A stretch of 63,062 bases of DNA, filler included, from Candidatus Fermentibacterota bacterium (GTDB lineage Bacteria > JAFGKV01), in assembly GCA_016928395.1 (NCBI GenBank). It is 5 parts of 5 records of this genome, joined end to end, with 100 filler letters (N's around TTAATTAATTAA, not from the genome) between each part and the next. Parts side by side here need not be neighbours in the genome. Positions count along the whole stretch, not along the records: positions 1 to 7,320 come from JAFGKV010000007.1; positions 7,421 to 20,423 come from JAFGKV010000269.1; 3 more parts are not named here. The stretch is one strand, 5' to 3'. Position 1 is the stretch's first letter, and every line of letters starts with the position of its first letter. The notes beneath the pieces are model-generated. The model did no database searches. It was not told the DNA's origin and saw nothing but the letters and a program-made list of their open reading frames with translations. The position numbers and the translations under genes were made by a program. Below are positions 1 to 9,381 of the stretch, in pieces.

Positions 1-349
1 GGAGTCGCTCCATGACCAGCTCTCCGATCACTTCGGTGGGGATTTCGTGGCTCTGTTGGGCAAAGAGCGCGGCCTCCACACGATCGACGATTTCGTCCAT
101 CTGCTGAGGGCCTATGGGCCGCTTGCCGCAGGCGGTCCGGATGGCGCGGTGGATCTTCTCACGATCATATGGCTCACGGCGGCCGTCCTTCTTGACGACT
201 ACTACATCGGCATCTTCCACATACTCATAGGTTGTGTAGCGACGGGAGCACCCCAGGCATTCTCTTCTTCTCCGCACCGCCGAACCCTCATGCACTGCGC
301 GGCTGTCCACTACCTTGTCTTCGGGATGACCGCAGAAGGGGCATTTCAT
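1..349 (-). CDS. nrdR: Transcriptional repressor NrdR (3' end runs off the window)
   Basis: Not in the ORF track. Manual translation from ATG at 349 gives MKCPFCGHPEDKVVDSR...VRRRRECLGCSRRYTTYE...VVKKDGRREPYDREK (Zn ribbon + ATP cone). ATGA overlap with the rpiB stop. Confidence 0.95.
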   Translation of the reverse strand, partial: MKCPFCGHPEDKVVDSRAVHEGSAVRRRRECLGCSRRYTTYEYVEDADVVVVKKDGRREPYDREKIHRAIRTACGKRPIGPQQMDEIVDRVEAALFAQQSHEIPTEVIGELVMERL

Positions 350-801
350 GGCGTCATGGTCTCTGAAGACTCAAGATCGTGGATCTGGCCAACTCTTCGC
401 CCGTGGCGACCTCCCTCGAATTCGGTGGATAACCAGACCTCAACGATGCGCCGGGCCATCTCCTCGCCGATGAGCCGCCCACCCAACGCGAGCATGTTGG
501 CATCATTGTGCCGCCGGGAAAGCTCGGCGCTCAGCGGGTCATGGCACAGGGCGCACCGCACGCCTTTAACCTTGTTCGCCACGATCGAGGCGCCGATGCC
601 TGATCCACACACGACGATGGCGCGGGAGATCCCGCCGCTGCCGACGCGCCCGGCCATCCGCGCGATGATGGGGGGGTAGTCCACCGATGAATCCCCGGCG
701 CATCCGCCGTCTTCCACATCGTAGCCGGTGTCTCGCAGCACTTGGGCGAGGAAGTGCTTCAGGGTGAAGCCGCCATGGTCAGAGGCGATACCAATCTTCA
801 T
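346..801 (-). CDS. rpiB: Ribose-5-phosphate isomerase B
   Basis: IASDHGG, SVDYP, CGSGIGASIVANKVKGVR, RRHNDANMLALG and FEGGRH motifs. Confidence 0.95.
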   Translation of the reverse strand: MKIGIASDHGGFTLKHFLAQVLRDTGYDVEDGGCAGDSSVDYPPIIARMAGRVGSGGISRAIVVCGSGIGASIVANKVKGVRCALCHDPLSAELSRRHNDANMLALGGRLIGEEMARRIVEVWLSTEFEGGRHGRRVGQIHDLESSETMTP

Positions 802-1403
802 TCATGTCCTCCGGGTCGGTATCCGCGCGAAGCCTGGCGCACAACACGCGGTGGTTCGGTGGTAAGGTCGATGACTGTGCTGGGCGGCAGCCCTCCGCAC
901 GGGCCTTGAATGACCATGTCCACGGTCTCAAGACGCAGCACCTGCGCAAGAGCGGCCGGAGTGTACGGTGGAGCTAGACCGCTGGCATTGGCGCTGGTTG
1001 CCGTGAGCAGAAGGCGTGAAGCTGCCAGGATGTCGGCTACTGGCTGAAACTGCGTCCAACGGATGCCGACGAGCCCCTCAGGAGACACAAGCCACGGAGG
1101 AGTACCGCTGCACGGGGGAAGCAGCAGTGTCCATGGGCCGGGGAGCAGTGCTTCTGCCCGGACGCGGGCCGTGGGAGACAGCGAGGCCACCCGTGGAACC
1201 GCCCCCAAGTCAGGGACGAATACGGCCGGCGGTTTGCCGGAGTTCCGGCCTTTAATTTGCAGCACCCGCGCCACCACTTCCTGGCGAAGGGCATCGGCCG
1301 CAAGCCCAAAGCAGGTGTCGGTGGGAACCACGACGACTCCGCCACGCCGGAGAATCTCGGATGCTCTCCGGAGTGAATACGGGTCGTGCATTGTCCCGCC
1401 CAC
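798..1403 (-). CDS. tsaC: L-threonylcarbamoyladenylate synthase (TsaC/YrdC, no Sua5 C-terminal domain)
   Basis: VVPTDTCFGLAAD, IKGR, PGPWTLLL, TATSANASG and PSTVIDL motifs; about 200 aa. Confidence 0.9.
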   Translation of the reverse strand: MGGTMHDPYSLRRASEILRRGGVVVVPTDTCFGLAADALRQEVVARVLQIKGRNSGKPPAVFVPDLGAVPRVASLSPTARVRAEALLPGPWTLLLPPCSGTPPWLVSPEGLVGIRWTQFQPVADILAASRLLLTATSANASGLAPPYTPAALAQVLRLETVDMVIQGPCGGLPPSTVIDLTTEPPRVVRQASRGYRPGGHE

Positions 1404-1406
1404 GCC

Positions 1407-2522
1407 TTATCTCCCCTTGACGGCCTCACAGTGCGGCGCGGCCACCGAGCCGGAACACGGTGCGGTGCTGGAATCGCCCATCCTGGAGAGAACAAGGGGT
1501 TTTGCGTCTGCGCCCTTCCAGCGAGGCATCGATGCAACGGCGGATGCCTCCACCGCGAGGTCGGCAACTGCGCCCCGCCGAAGATCCACTTCCCCCAGAG
1601 CCGCCACCATGACGCCATTGTCGGTACACAGCTCGGGAGGCGGGATGATCAATCGTAACCCTCGGCCTCCGCAGGCCTCGGCCATGGCCTGACGAAGCCG
1701 TCGATTGGCCGCGACGCCTCCGACCATGGCCACCGTTGAGACACCGGCGGCAAAGGCCGCAGTGATGGTCTTGCCGACCAGCACGTCCACCACCGCCTCC
1801 AGGTAGCTGGCAGCCAGATCGGACGTGGCGCCGGCGTCGGCAGGGCTGCCATGGGTGCGCACATACACCGCCAGCGCGGTCTTTAGCCCACTGAAACTGA
1901 AATCGAAGCCCTTTCGGTCTGCGATGGGACGAGGAAACGCCACCGCGGCAGGATTGCCGCGCGAGGCTACCCCATCCAGGGCGGGACCGCCGGGATAGCC
2001 CAAGCCCAGCAAGTGAGCTGCCTTGTCTATCGCTTCGCCCGCCGCATCATCCAGTGTCGACCCCATGACCTGCGCCTCGCCTGGGGCCGTGACACGACAT
2101 AGTAGGGTGTGGCCGCCGGAGGCCAGCAGGGTGACATGGGGCACCTCGACCTCGGGAAACGCCACGAACACGGTATGAAGGTGGGCGCTCAGATGATTCA
2201 CCGGGACAAGGGGGAGACTTCGCGCCATGCAGATCCCTTTGGCTGCGGCAACACCGACCAGTAGTGCACCGATGAGCCCGGGCGATGTCGTGACTGCGAC
2301 GGCATCCAGGTCGCCCCACGTCACACCGGCACGATCCATGGCCTCCCCGATGACAGGGATAAGCAGTCTGCTGTGCTGGCGGGCGGCGATTTCCGGCACC
2401 ACGCCTCCATAGGCCGCATGGAAGGCGTGCTGGCTCGAGACAACGGATGAGGCAACGGCGCCGTCGCAGACCACGGCGCCGCAGGTATCATCGCATGACG
2501 TTTCGATCCCGAGGACTTTCAC
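1407..2522 (-). CDS. tsaD: tRNA N6-adenosine threonylcarbamoyltransferase TsaD
   Basis: VLGIETSCDDT, GGVVPEIAARQH, VNHLSAH, SGGHT, DDAAGEAIDK, FSFSGLKT and CTDNG motifs. Confidence 0.96.
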   Translation of the reverse strand: MKVLGIETSCDDTCGAVVCDGAVASSVVSSQHAFHAAYGGVVPEIAARQHSRLLIPVIGEAMDRAGVTWGDLDAVAVTTSPGLIGALLVGVAAAKGICMARSLPLVPVNHLSAHLHTVFVAFPEVEVPHVTLLASGGHTLLCRVTAPGEAQVMGSTLDDAAGEAIDKAAHLLGLGYPGGPALDGVASRGNPAAVAFPRPIADRKGFDFSFSGLKTALAVYVRTHGSPADAGATSDLAASYLEAVVDVLVGKTITAAFAAGVSTVAMVGGVAANRRLRQAMAEACGGRGLRLIIPPPELCTDNGVMVAALGEVDLRRGAVADLAVEASAVASMPRWKGADAKPLVLSRMGDSSTAPCSGSVAAPHCEAVKGR

Positions 2523-2531
2523 TCCGCGTTC

Positions 2532-4622
2532 TCACCTCCCCAGGAAAGGAGCGGCGCCGCTGGTCGTCGGGGTCACGGAGTTCAGCAGGCTTCGCAGGGA
2601 CAGCGGCAGGGCGAGGCGGTCTTCCGCCATCTTCCGCTGGCGCATTGCACCCAACGGTCTGCGTTGAATCTCATTCTTTGACAGCAGTACGATCTTGCCA
2701 AGGTCGAAGGAACTATCCTTGTCCAAGGCATTCATGATGCCATTCTCGAAGTCCACATAGACCAGTTCGCCGGTCTCGATGGCGGCGATGCCGCCGCCTT
2801 CCATGCCCTCGGGAGCGCAATGCCCGATGAAGGGGCCCCAACTGGTGCCAGCGATCCGGCCGTCGGTGCACAGCACCGTGATGTTTCTCAAGCGTACATC
2901 CCGCTGGAGGTACTCCGCAGGATAGTAGATCTGGCGCATGCCTCCGGCAACAGGCCCCTCCCCGGCAATCACCACGAAAATCCGCATCAACTCGTCGTCG
3001 ACGAGCCGGTCGAACAGCTCATCCTTCTTCAGTTTTGCGTAGAGTTTGTAGTCATCCAGGCGATCAGGATAGTTCAGGGAGAAAAGGCTCAGAAGATCGT
3101 CCATGGTGACGATCGTCTTCACCTTGTCGAGGATCTCGCTACTCTCGAAGAGGTCGGCCACCGCGTCCTCCTCGTTGTAGTAGAAGACCGCCAGATATGT
3201 CTTCTTGTCAAAACGATCAAGTTCCTCAGGGGACAGGCTGCTGATGCGGGTGACCGAACTCTCACAGAAGTTCCCGCGTAACTCGACTATGCCGCTGCAT
3301 TCCTTTGCCGGCGAGGATTGCACAAAGACGCCATCGGGCTCCTGGGCGGCGGACAACCTATCATTCCACGGTACGTCCACCGTCGGGCCGTCCTTCACCT
3401 GGGTTGCATCGACCTGCCGAAGCGCCCGTAGGACCGTGTCGAATCCTCCGGCACGCTTGGCGGCGATCTCTGCGGCCCAGCCATGAAGGGTCGGCTCGCC
3501 ATCCGGGGGAAACATTGCAAAGGAGGGAGTCTCGGAACAGATGGCCGAGATGAACGTGGTGGTGGGCTGCCGCTCTTCCGGGAGATCCATGAAGCTGGCC
3601 AGGTACGAGAAATGGAGGGACCAGTCTGTGGATCCGTTGAGCGTGGACCAGAGCCGGATGGCATTGTCAAGGTTTGCCTCCACCAGTTCCGCTGCGCCTA
3701 GTTGCGCCTTGCGGGTGCTGACCGCCTTGAGGAACGGCCCCAGGGCGTGGGAAACCGCGGCGTCATTGGGCTGCTTGACGAGGAGTTCATATCCCGAGGG
3801 AATCAACCCGAGACCGTACAGGACCACCCGGTTCGTTCCGGTGTTCTCCATGCAGGCCGGCGCCGTGGGCCGGTCGCACAGGGCCTGCGCCAGGGAAAGC
3901 AGCATCTCGTCCCGCTCGTTTCTGGACATCAGCTTGCGGGCATTGAGCTGTTCGAGAAGTTTGTAGAACATCGGATAGACGTTGGTTCGAAGTCGTTGGG
4001 CCATGAGGGCGTCGAGTTGGCTGCGCAGCAGCGGACGATCAGTCTTGTCGCGGATTACCCTGAGCCGGTCACGGATCTCCTTTGGTATGGGTCTCTCAGC
4101 GACCAGCGGCGGCGGGAGAAACAGGGCGGAAAACGGAGGCCGTTTGGCGTTCTTGCGCTGTGTGTCTATCTCGACATAGGCGCCCAACTCTGCTACGGGC
4201 CGCATTTCTCCGGAGGTAATGGAGATCGCCGCATCGAAACCGTAGGCCTCTATCTGAGCAACGACCAGAGCGGTCGTGATGTTTCTGCTGACCAGGTCAT
4301 AACGCATGCCGGTGTGGCCGATGGCGACACCCTGAGGCACGGTCGGCAACATCACGGAGAACGGGAGACAGCCCTTTTCCCATACGGCGCATGCCGCCGC
4401 CCGGGCCATGGCACAGTCCAGAACGTGTGCCGGATCGTCAGGCGTACCGGTTACCACCGCGATACGGTTCCTGCCCTTCATCAGCTTGCCGATGATGTCT
4501 TCCCGGGTGGCTATGACTTTGGCGTTCCGTAAGGTGTACTCCACGCTCGCTACCAACGAAGGGAGGGGCAGAGGGTGTGCGATGAGTGGGTCTTTTGAGG
4601 TGAGAGGGTGCATTCGAACCAT
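2532..4622 (-). CDS. Dihydroxy-acid dehydratase (IlvD/Edd)-fold protein with degenerate catalytic motifs
   Basis: GVAIGHTGMRYDLVSRN, VVIAGEGP..GM and TDGRIAG..GPFIGHCAPEG..GG.IA.I..G resemble IlvD. Start placed at ATG 4622 (GAGGAG RBS); the ORF is open to 4697. Confidence 0.7.
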   Translation of the reverse strand: MVRMHPLTSKDPLIAHPLPLPSLVASVEYTLRNAKVIATREDIIGKLMKGRNRIAVVTGTPDDPAHVLDCAMARAAACAVWEKGCLPFSVMLPTVPQGVAIGHTGMRYDLVSRNITTALVVAQIEAYGFDAAISITSGEMRPVAELGAYVEIDTQRKNAKRPPFSALFLPPPLVAERPIPKEIRDRLRVIRDKTDRPLLRSQLDALMAQRLRTNVYPMFYKLLEQLNARKLMSRNERDEMLLSLAQALCDRPTAPACMENTGTNRVVLYGLGLIPSGYELLVKQPNDAAVSHALGPFLKAVSTRKAQLGAAELVEANLDNAIRLWSTLNGSTDWSLHFSYLASFMDLPEERQPTTTFISAICSETPSFAMFPPDGEPTLHGWAAEIAAKRAGGFDTVLRALRQVDATQVKDGPTVDVPWNDRLSAAQEPDGVFVQSSPAKECSGIVELRGNFCESSVTRISSLSPEELDRFDKKTYLAVFYYNEEDAVADLFESSEILDKVKTIVTMDDLLSLFSLNYPDRLDDYKLYAKLKKDELFDRLVDDELMRIFVVIAGEGPVAGGMRQIYYPAEYLQRDVRLRNITVLCTDGRIAGTSWGPFIGHCAPEGMEGGGIAAIETGELVYVDFENGIMNALDKDSSFDLGKIVLLSKNEIQRRPLGAMRQRKMAEDRLALPLSLRSLLNSVTPTTSGAAPFLGR

Positions 4623-4912
4623 CAGGCGTGTCTCCTCAGGCTTCAGGCGCGTCGCAACGGGAAAATGCCGGCATGGTGTGCCGGTGAGCTGTGGCAATCA
4701 GGGCGTCGCATAGGAACCGGCAGGTATGCCAGGGGACCACACTGCTCCACTATGAGGGCGAACAGCGTAGCACGGGCATGCCGCAGCATTACCTCGTGCT
4801 GCTGTGGTATTGTGAGGACGTGACGCGAAGGGACCCCACGATACTACACAGAACGAAACGGCTCCTGGCTTTCTCACAAGCGATGTGCATATGGACCCAA
4901 AAGGAGCCCAGC

Positions 4913-4940
4913 AACTTATAAAAGAAGCCAGAAAAGTCAA
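4913..4940 (-). promoter_or_regulatory. Putative sigma70 promoter for the ilvD-like/tsaD/tsaC/rpiB/nrdR operon
   Basis: TTGACT-16 nt-TAAGTT in a locally AT-rich patch. Confidence 0.35.
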
Positions 4941-5058
4941 GGTAAATAAGGGTCTTGCCCGATTCCCCTCGACACCTTGGCTGGCGTCGAGGGGAGCCCT
5001 CAGCACCCCGCGGTCGATTCCGCGGGGCTTGCGTGGGATCAGATCGCCTGATGGAGGC

Positions 5059-5085
5059 CCCCCGGCTCCGCTGCGGAGCCGGGGG
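5059..5085 (-). terminator. GC-rich hairpin downstream of dnaK
   Basis: CCCCCGGCTCCG-ctg-CGGAGCCGGGGG 12-bp stem about 60 nt after the dnaK stop; no clear U-tract. Confidence 0.45.
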
Positions 5086-5142
5086 CAGGCCTCGGACTCT
5101 TGCGGCCCGTGGAAGCGAGCAGGGGCCGCCGGCTGCTACGGG

Positions 5143-7038
5143 CTATTGGACAACCTCGAAGTCGGCATCAACCGGCCCGGAGTCTTCGGGGGGAGCGGTA
5201 TCGGGGCCAGGCCCGTCCGGTGAACCCTGACTCTGACCCGCGGCGGCTTCGTACATCTTACCCGCGGCCTGATGCCACGCCTTGAGGAGGTCATCGGTGC
5301 CTGTCTTGATCCGCGCCTCATCATCGCTCTTGATGGCATCCTTGAGGCTGGCTACGAGGCGTTCCACCTCGCCCTTTGTTGCCGGATCCAGTTTGTCCTT
5401 CATCTCCTCCAGGTTCTTCTCGGTCTGATACACCAGTTGATCCGCACGGTTACGCGCCTCGACCAACTGGCGCTTGGACTTGTCTTCGTCGGCATGCTGC
5501 TCGGCATCCCGTACGAACTTCTTGATCTCCTCATCCGTGAGCCCGGAAGACGCCTGGATCCGGATGGACTGTTCCTTGCCGGTGGCCTTGTCCTTGGCGG
5601 AGACCTTGAGTATGCCGTTGGCATCAAGATCGAAGGTGACCTCGATCTGCGGCATACCCCTGGGAGCGGGGGGCAAGCCGGTGAGCTGGAAACGGCCGAT
5701 GCTCTTGTTGTAAATCGCCATCTCGCGCTCACCCTGAAGCACGTGGATTTCCACTGTGTTCTGGTTGTCCTCCGCAGTGCTGAACACTTCGCTCTTGCGT
5801 GTCGGGATGGTCGTATTCCGCTCGATGAGCTTCGTGAATACCCCACCCAGGGTTTCGATGCCCAATGACAGGGGAGTCACATCCAACAGAAGGATGTCCT
5901 TCACTTCGCCTGCCAGCACGCCGCCCTGAATGGCGGCGCCGACAGCCACCACCTCATCAGGGTTCACACCCTTGTGGGGTGCGCGGCCGAACAACTCCTC
6001 GACCACCTGCTGCACCCGCGGCATCCTGGTCTGCCCTCCCACGAGGATGATCTCGTCGACATCCTGGGCGCTGAGACCTGCGTCCTGGAGCGCACGTTTG
6101 CAGGGGCCAACGCTGCGCTGCACCAGATCCTCGACGAGTTGCTCGAGCTTGGCCCTGCTCAGGGTCATCCGAAGGTGCTTGGGGCCGCTGGCATCGGCGG
6201 TCACGAACGGCAGGTTGATCTCCGTCTCCAGTGTCGAGGACAGTTCACACTTCGCCTTCTCCGCCGCCTCCTTGAGACGTTGGAGCGCCATGGGATCCTT
6301 CCGGAGGTCGATCCCCTGTTCCTTCTTGAACTCGTCGGCGATCCAGTCCATCACCTGCTGGTCGAAATCGTCGCCGCCCAGGTGGGTGTCACCATTGGTG
6401 GACTTCACCTCGAAGACACCGTCGCCGATTTCGAGGATAGAAATGTCAAACGTCCCGCCGCCCAGATCGTAGACTGCGATCTTCTCATCCTTCTTCTTGT
6501 CAAGACCGTAGGCCAAAGACGCGGCGGTGGGCTCGTTTATGATGCGCTTGACATTGAGGCCGGCGATCTTACCCGCATCCTTCGTGGCCTGTCGCTGCGA
6601 GTCATTGAAATACGCAGGCACGGTGACGACGGCGTCGGTCACCGTCTCACCGAGATAGTCCTCCGCCGTCTGCCGCATCTTCTGGAGGATCATCGCCGAA
6701 ATCTCAGGAGGCGAGTACTCCTTGTTACCGATCTTGACCCGCGCGTCATCATTGGGCCCCGTCACCACAGCAAATGGCACCTCCGAGGTCTCGGCCTTCA
6801 CTTCCTGATACTTCCGGCCCATGAACCGCTTGATGGAGAATACCGTTCTGTCGGGGTTGGTGATCGCCTGGCGCTTCGCCGCCAAACCAACCACCCGTTC
6901 CCCATCCTTGGTGAACGCCACCACCGACGGGGTCGTACGACCACCTTCGGCATTGGCAATCACCACGGGCTTGCCGCCTTCCATGACGGCGACGCACGAG
7001 TTCGTCGTGCCGAGATCAATACCGATGGTTTTGCTCAT
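5143..7038 (-). CDS. dnaK: Chaperone DnaK (Hsp70)
   Basis: [36 protein letters not shown] and terminal [16 protein letters not shown] before ATG 7038. Confidence 0.99.
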   Translation of the reverse strand: MSKTIGIDLGTTNSCVAVMEGGKPVVIANAEGGRTTPSVVAFTKDGERVVGLAAKRQAITNPDRTVFSIKRFMGRKYQEVKAETSEVPFAVVTGPNDDARVKIGNKEYSPPEISAMILQKMRQTAEDYLGETVTDAVVTVPAYFNDSQRQATKDAGKIAGLNVKRIINEPTAASLAYGLDKKKDEKIAVYDLGGGTFDISILEIGDGVFEVKSTNGDTHLGGDDFDQQVMDWIADEFKKEQGIDLRKDPMALQRLKEAAEKAKCELSSTLETEINLPFVTADASGPKHLRMTLSRAKLEQLVEDLVQRSVGPCKRALQDAGLSAQDVDEIILVGGQTRMPRVQQVVEELFGRAPHKGVNPDEVVAVGAAIQGGVLAGEVKDILLLDVTPLSLGIETLGGVFTKLIERNTTIPTRKSEVFSTAEDNQNTVEIHVLQGEREMAIYNKSIGRFQLTGLPPAPRGMPQIEVTFDLDANGILKVSAKDKATGKEQSIRIQASSGLTDEEIKKFVRDAEQHADEDKSKRQLVEARNRADQLVYQTEKNLEEMKDKLDPATKGEVERLVASLKDAIKSDDEARIKTGTDDLLKAWHQAAGKMYEAAAGQSQGSPDGPGPDTAPPEDSGPVDADFEVVQ

Positions 7039-7120
7039 GACATACTCCTCCAATGATGACCACCACTGCGTGATGGCCCTTTCGTAGGCTTCGTTACTCC
7101 TGACGCTTCAGGTAAACCTA

Positions 7121-7136
7121 TGCAACGACCGTGCCC
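7121..7136 (-). promoter_or_regulatory. Putative sigma54 (-24/-12) promoter of dnaK
   Basis: GGGCACGGTCGTTGCA matches TGGCACG-N4-TTGCA with exact GG-N10-GC spacing, about 80 nt upstream of the start. Confidence 0.55.
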
Positions 7137-7320
7137 AGCCCCCAGCCTCCCGAGTGTGGCGCCACCAGGGGCTTCAGGTCCGCCGCCTCTACGCCTCTCT
7201 GCCACTTTGGCAGTTATTCCGCCATAGTGGCTACCCGCTCGTGCGCGATTCAGGCGTGTGGCCGATGTGCGGACGAGTTGCCCTCCCACGCGGCACATGG
7301 CTACTTCCACGGCTTTGCCC

Positions 7321-7420
7321 NNNNNNNNNNNNNNNNNNNNNNNNNNNNNNNNNNNNNNNNNNNNTTAATTAATTAANNNNNNNNNNNNNNNNNNNNNNNN
7401 NNNNNNNNNNNNNNNNNNNN
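7321..7420. other. Artificial contig linker
   Basis: N-run + TTAATTAATTAA (stops in all frames) + N-run, 100 bp. Confidence 0.99.
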
Positions 7421-7507
7421 GACCCGGGCACTGGCAGTGGAACCTTCGTGCTTCGACTGGAGAGCGTGCTGGGCACGGCACACACGCGGGTTGTGCGCGT
7501 CAACTAG
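7421..7507 (+). CDS. C-terminal fragment of a secreted protein with a FlgD/T9SS-like tail
   Basis: DPGTGSGTFVLRLESVLGTAHTRVVRVN* resembles the SGxYxxxL...T.++.+ tails of the 40994 and 46193 ORFs. Confidence 0.5.
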   Translation, partial: DPGTGSGTFVLRLESVLGTAHTRVVRVN

Positions 7508-7509
7508 GG

Positions 7510-7600
7510 GCAGTCAGCAGTCGGCAGTCGGCAGTCAGCAGTAGGCAGGAGGCGCGGTCCGGCCTACCCCGTGAACCCTGAACCCTGCGAGCGAAGCGAG
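7510..7600 (+). repeat. Heptamer tandem repeats (GCAGTCR)n, then (GAACCCT)2 + GCGAGCGAAGCGA motif
   Basis: Seen directly between convergent genes. Confidence 0.85.
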
Positions 7601-7625
7601 GCCGTTGCCCGGAACGCAGTGTGCG

Positions 7626-8984
7626 CTACGGACCCCAGACCAGCCAGACGAACGCTGCGCCGGCGACAGTCGCGGCGATGGTAAACGGGAAGCCGATGGA
7701 GGCGAAGCGGAAGAAGGTGACCCGATAACCACGGCGTTTGAGTATGCCCGTAGCCACGATATTGGCGGAGGCCCCCACCGGCGAGATATTGCCGCCCAGG
7801 CAGGCCCCCACCAGGAGCCCGAAGGTCAGGAAGTAGTAATCCGTGACGCCAAGGGCCACGCCCAGGGCCCGTACTACCGGGATCATGGCGGTCACATAGG
7901 GCACATTGTCCACCACGCCGCTGATGAGAACCGACCCCCATACCACCAGCATGAACGCTGTGAACGGGTCATTCCCCGACCATGAGGCCATGATCGCGCC
8001 GATGCGCTGCATCACGCCGTAGCTCTCCAGCGAGTTGACCATGAAGAAGATGCCCGCCAGGAGGAAGAGGGTGTCGAAGTCGAACCCCTTGACGATATCC
8101 CACGCGCTCCGCGCTTGCTCGCGTCCCTCGATCTCGTGATCGTCGGGCCGAAGCCGTACCCGGAGGATCCACCCCTTCTCCGGCCCGGCCGTGGCATGCC
8201 AGACCAGCGTGATCACGGCTCCGGCCGCGCACAGCGATCCAGCGGCGAGGCCGACACCCGATGTGAACAGGCTGATCACCGCGAGACCGGCGATGACGAT
8301 GCCGAGAATAGCCGTCGGCACCCAGCTCGTGACTTCCGGCAGCGGCGGTGCGCTGACCGGACTCTTGTCACGCCCGAAGATGAAGTAGAGGACAAAAAAC
8401 GATGCGACGGCCCCGGCCTGCACTGCGAAGAAGATCCCCGGTTTTCCGTGGAAGAAGAAGAAGTCATTGAATCCCATATTCTCGGAGGCTGCCAGGATCA
8501 TGCTGGGAGGGTCACCCACCAGAGTGGCCGTACCCTGCAGATTGCTGGCGACGGCGATGCCGATGAGCAGCGGTACAGGGCTTACTTTGAGGCGCCGGGT
8601 CGCCTCCAGCGCGATGGGCGCCACGATCATCACCGTGGCGACATTCTCCACGAAGATCGAGATAATGCCCGAGAGGGCGCAGATGAGCACCCCGGCCTTG
8701 CCGTAGGTCCCCGCCATTCGGATCAGCTTGGCCGCCAGGTATTCGGGAACTCTGGTCTCGATCAGGATCTCCGCGACGATCAGAATGCCCGCAAAGATGA
8801 GCAGGACATTGTAGTTGATGGTCAAGAAGACTCGCAGGTCTGGCGGAGCGCCCAGGGCGAAGGAAATCATTGATGCCGTCATGGCCCCAAGCCACACGAC
8901 CGCTCCACGCCAGTTATTGGCGAAGGCGACATATCCGTAGATGCACACAAAACAGATGGAGAACACGATACCTTGCGTCGTCAT
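7626..8984 (-). CDS. ArsB/NhaD/SLC13 (IT superfamily) membrane permease
   Basis: Many TM segments; SIFVENVATV, SNLQGTATLVGDPPS, SGVVDNVPY and LGGNISPVGASAN motifs. Confidence 0.85.
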   Translation of the reverse strand: MTTQGIVFSICFVCIYGYVAFANNWRGAVVWLGAMTASMISFALGAPPDLRVFLTINYNVLLIFAGILIVAEILIETRVPEYLAAKLIRMAGTYGKAGVLICALSGIISIFVENVATVMIVAPIALEATRRLKVSPVPLLIGIAVASNLQGTATLVGDPPSMILAASENMGFNDFFFFHGKPGIFFAVQAGAVASFFVLYFIFGRDKSPVSAPPLPEVTSWVPTAILGIVIAGLAVISLFTSGVGLAAGSLCAAGAVITLVWHATAGPEKGWILRVRLRPDDHEIEGREQARSAWDIVKGFDFDTLFLLAGIFFMVNSLESYGVMQRIGAIMASWSGNDPFTAFMLVVWGSVLISGVVDNVPYVTAMIPVVRALGVALGVTDYYFLTFGLLVGACLGGNISPVGASANIVATGILKRRGYRVTFFRFASIGFPFTIAATVAGAAFVWLVWGP

Positions 8985-9381
8985 ATCAGATTCCTGCCGT
9001 CAGTATCGACACACCTGCCGTCACTCTCTCAGACGCCCACGTCATTCCGAGTAAGGCACGCGCTGGTGTGAGCTGTGGGGCATCATCCTTTCCGGAAATG
9101 CGGCGTTACGCGGGCGACAAGATAGGCGTTTAGCCTGCAAAGGCAGCTCTTGAGTGGGAATGAGGATGCATGTCCTTCCACGATCGGCATCTGCATCGCG
9201 CGCGAAGCCGATATCGAACCAACGGGGAGTCCATGGCGGAGACGGCGATGCCGAAATCGATCGAAATTGCGTATCTCGCCCGGCATGACGCGAGGAACCG
9301 CTTGCGCCACGACCCTTCAGGGCTTCATTGCGGGGTGCCGAACCCGCTCCACATTGTCTCCACCAACGATCGGGGGATCCC

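Noticed and set aside
47-679. 210-aa plus-strand ORF
   Set aside because: It overlaps rpiB and nrdR, which are clearly encoded on the minus strand.
5974-7056. 360-aa ORF antisense to dnaK, and similar long antisense ORFs over ppk1, fdh and fadD
   Set aside because: These are shadow ORFs from codon bias in GC-rich conserved genes, with no recognisable motifs.
7040-7320. CIRCE element upstream of dnaK
   Set aside because: There is no TTAGCACTC-N9-GAGTGCTAA match, only a short unrelated TGCCA..TGGCA inverted repeat.
7321-7420. TTAATTAATTAA motif repeated four times in the window
   Set aside because: It is an artificial scaffold linker inside N runs. ORFs that run into it and synteny across it were ignored.
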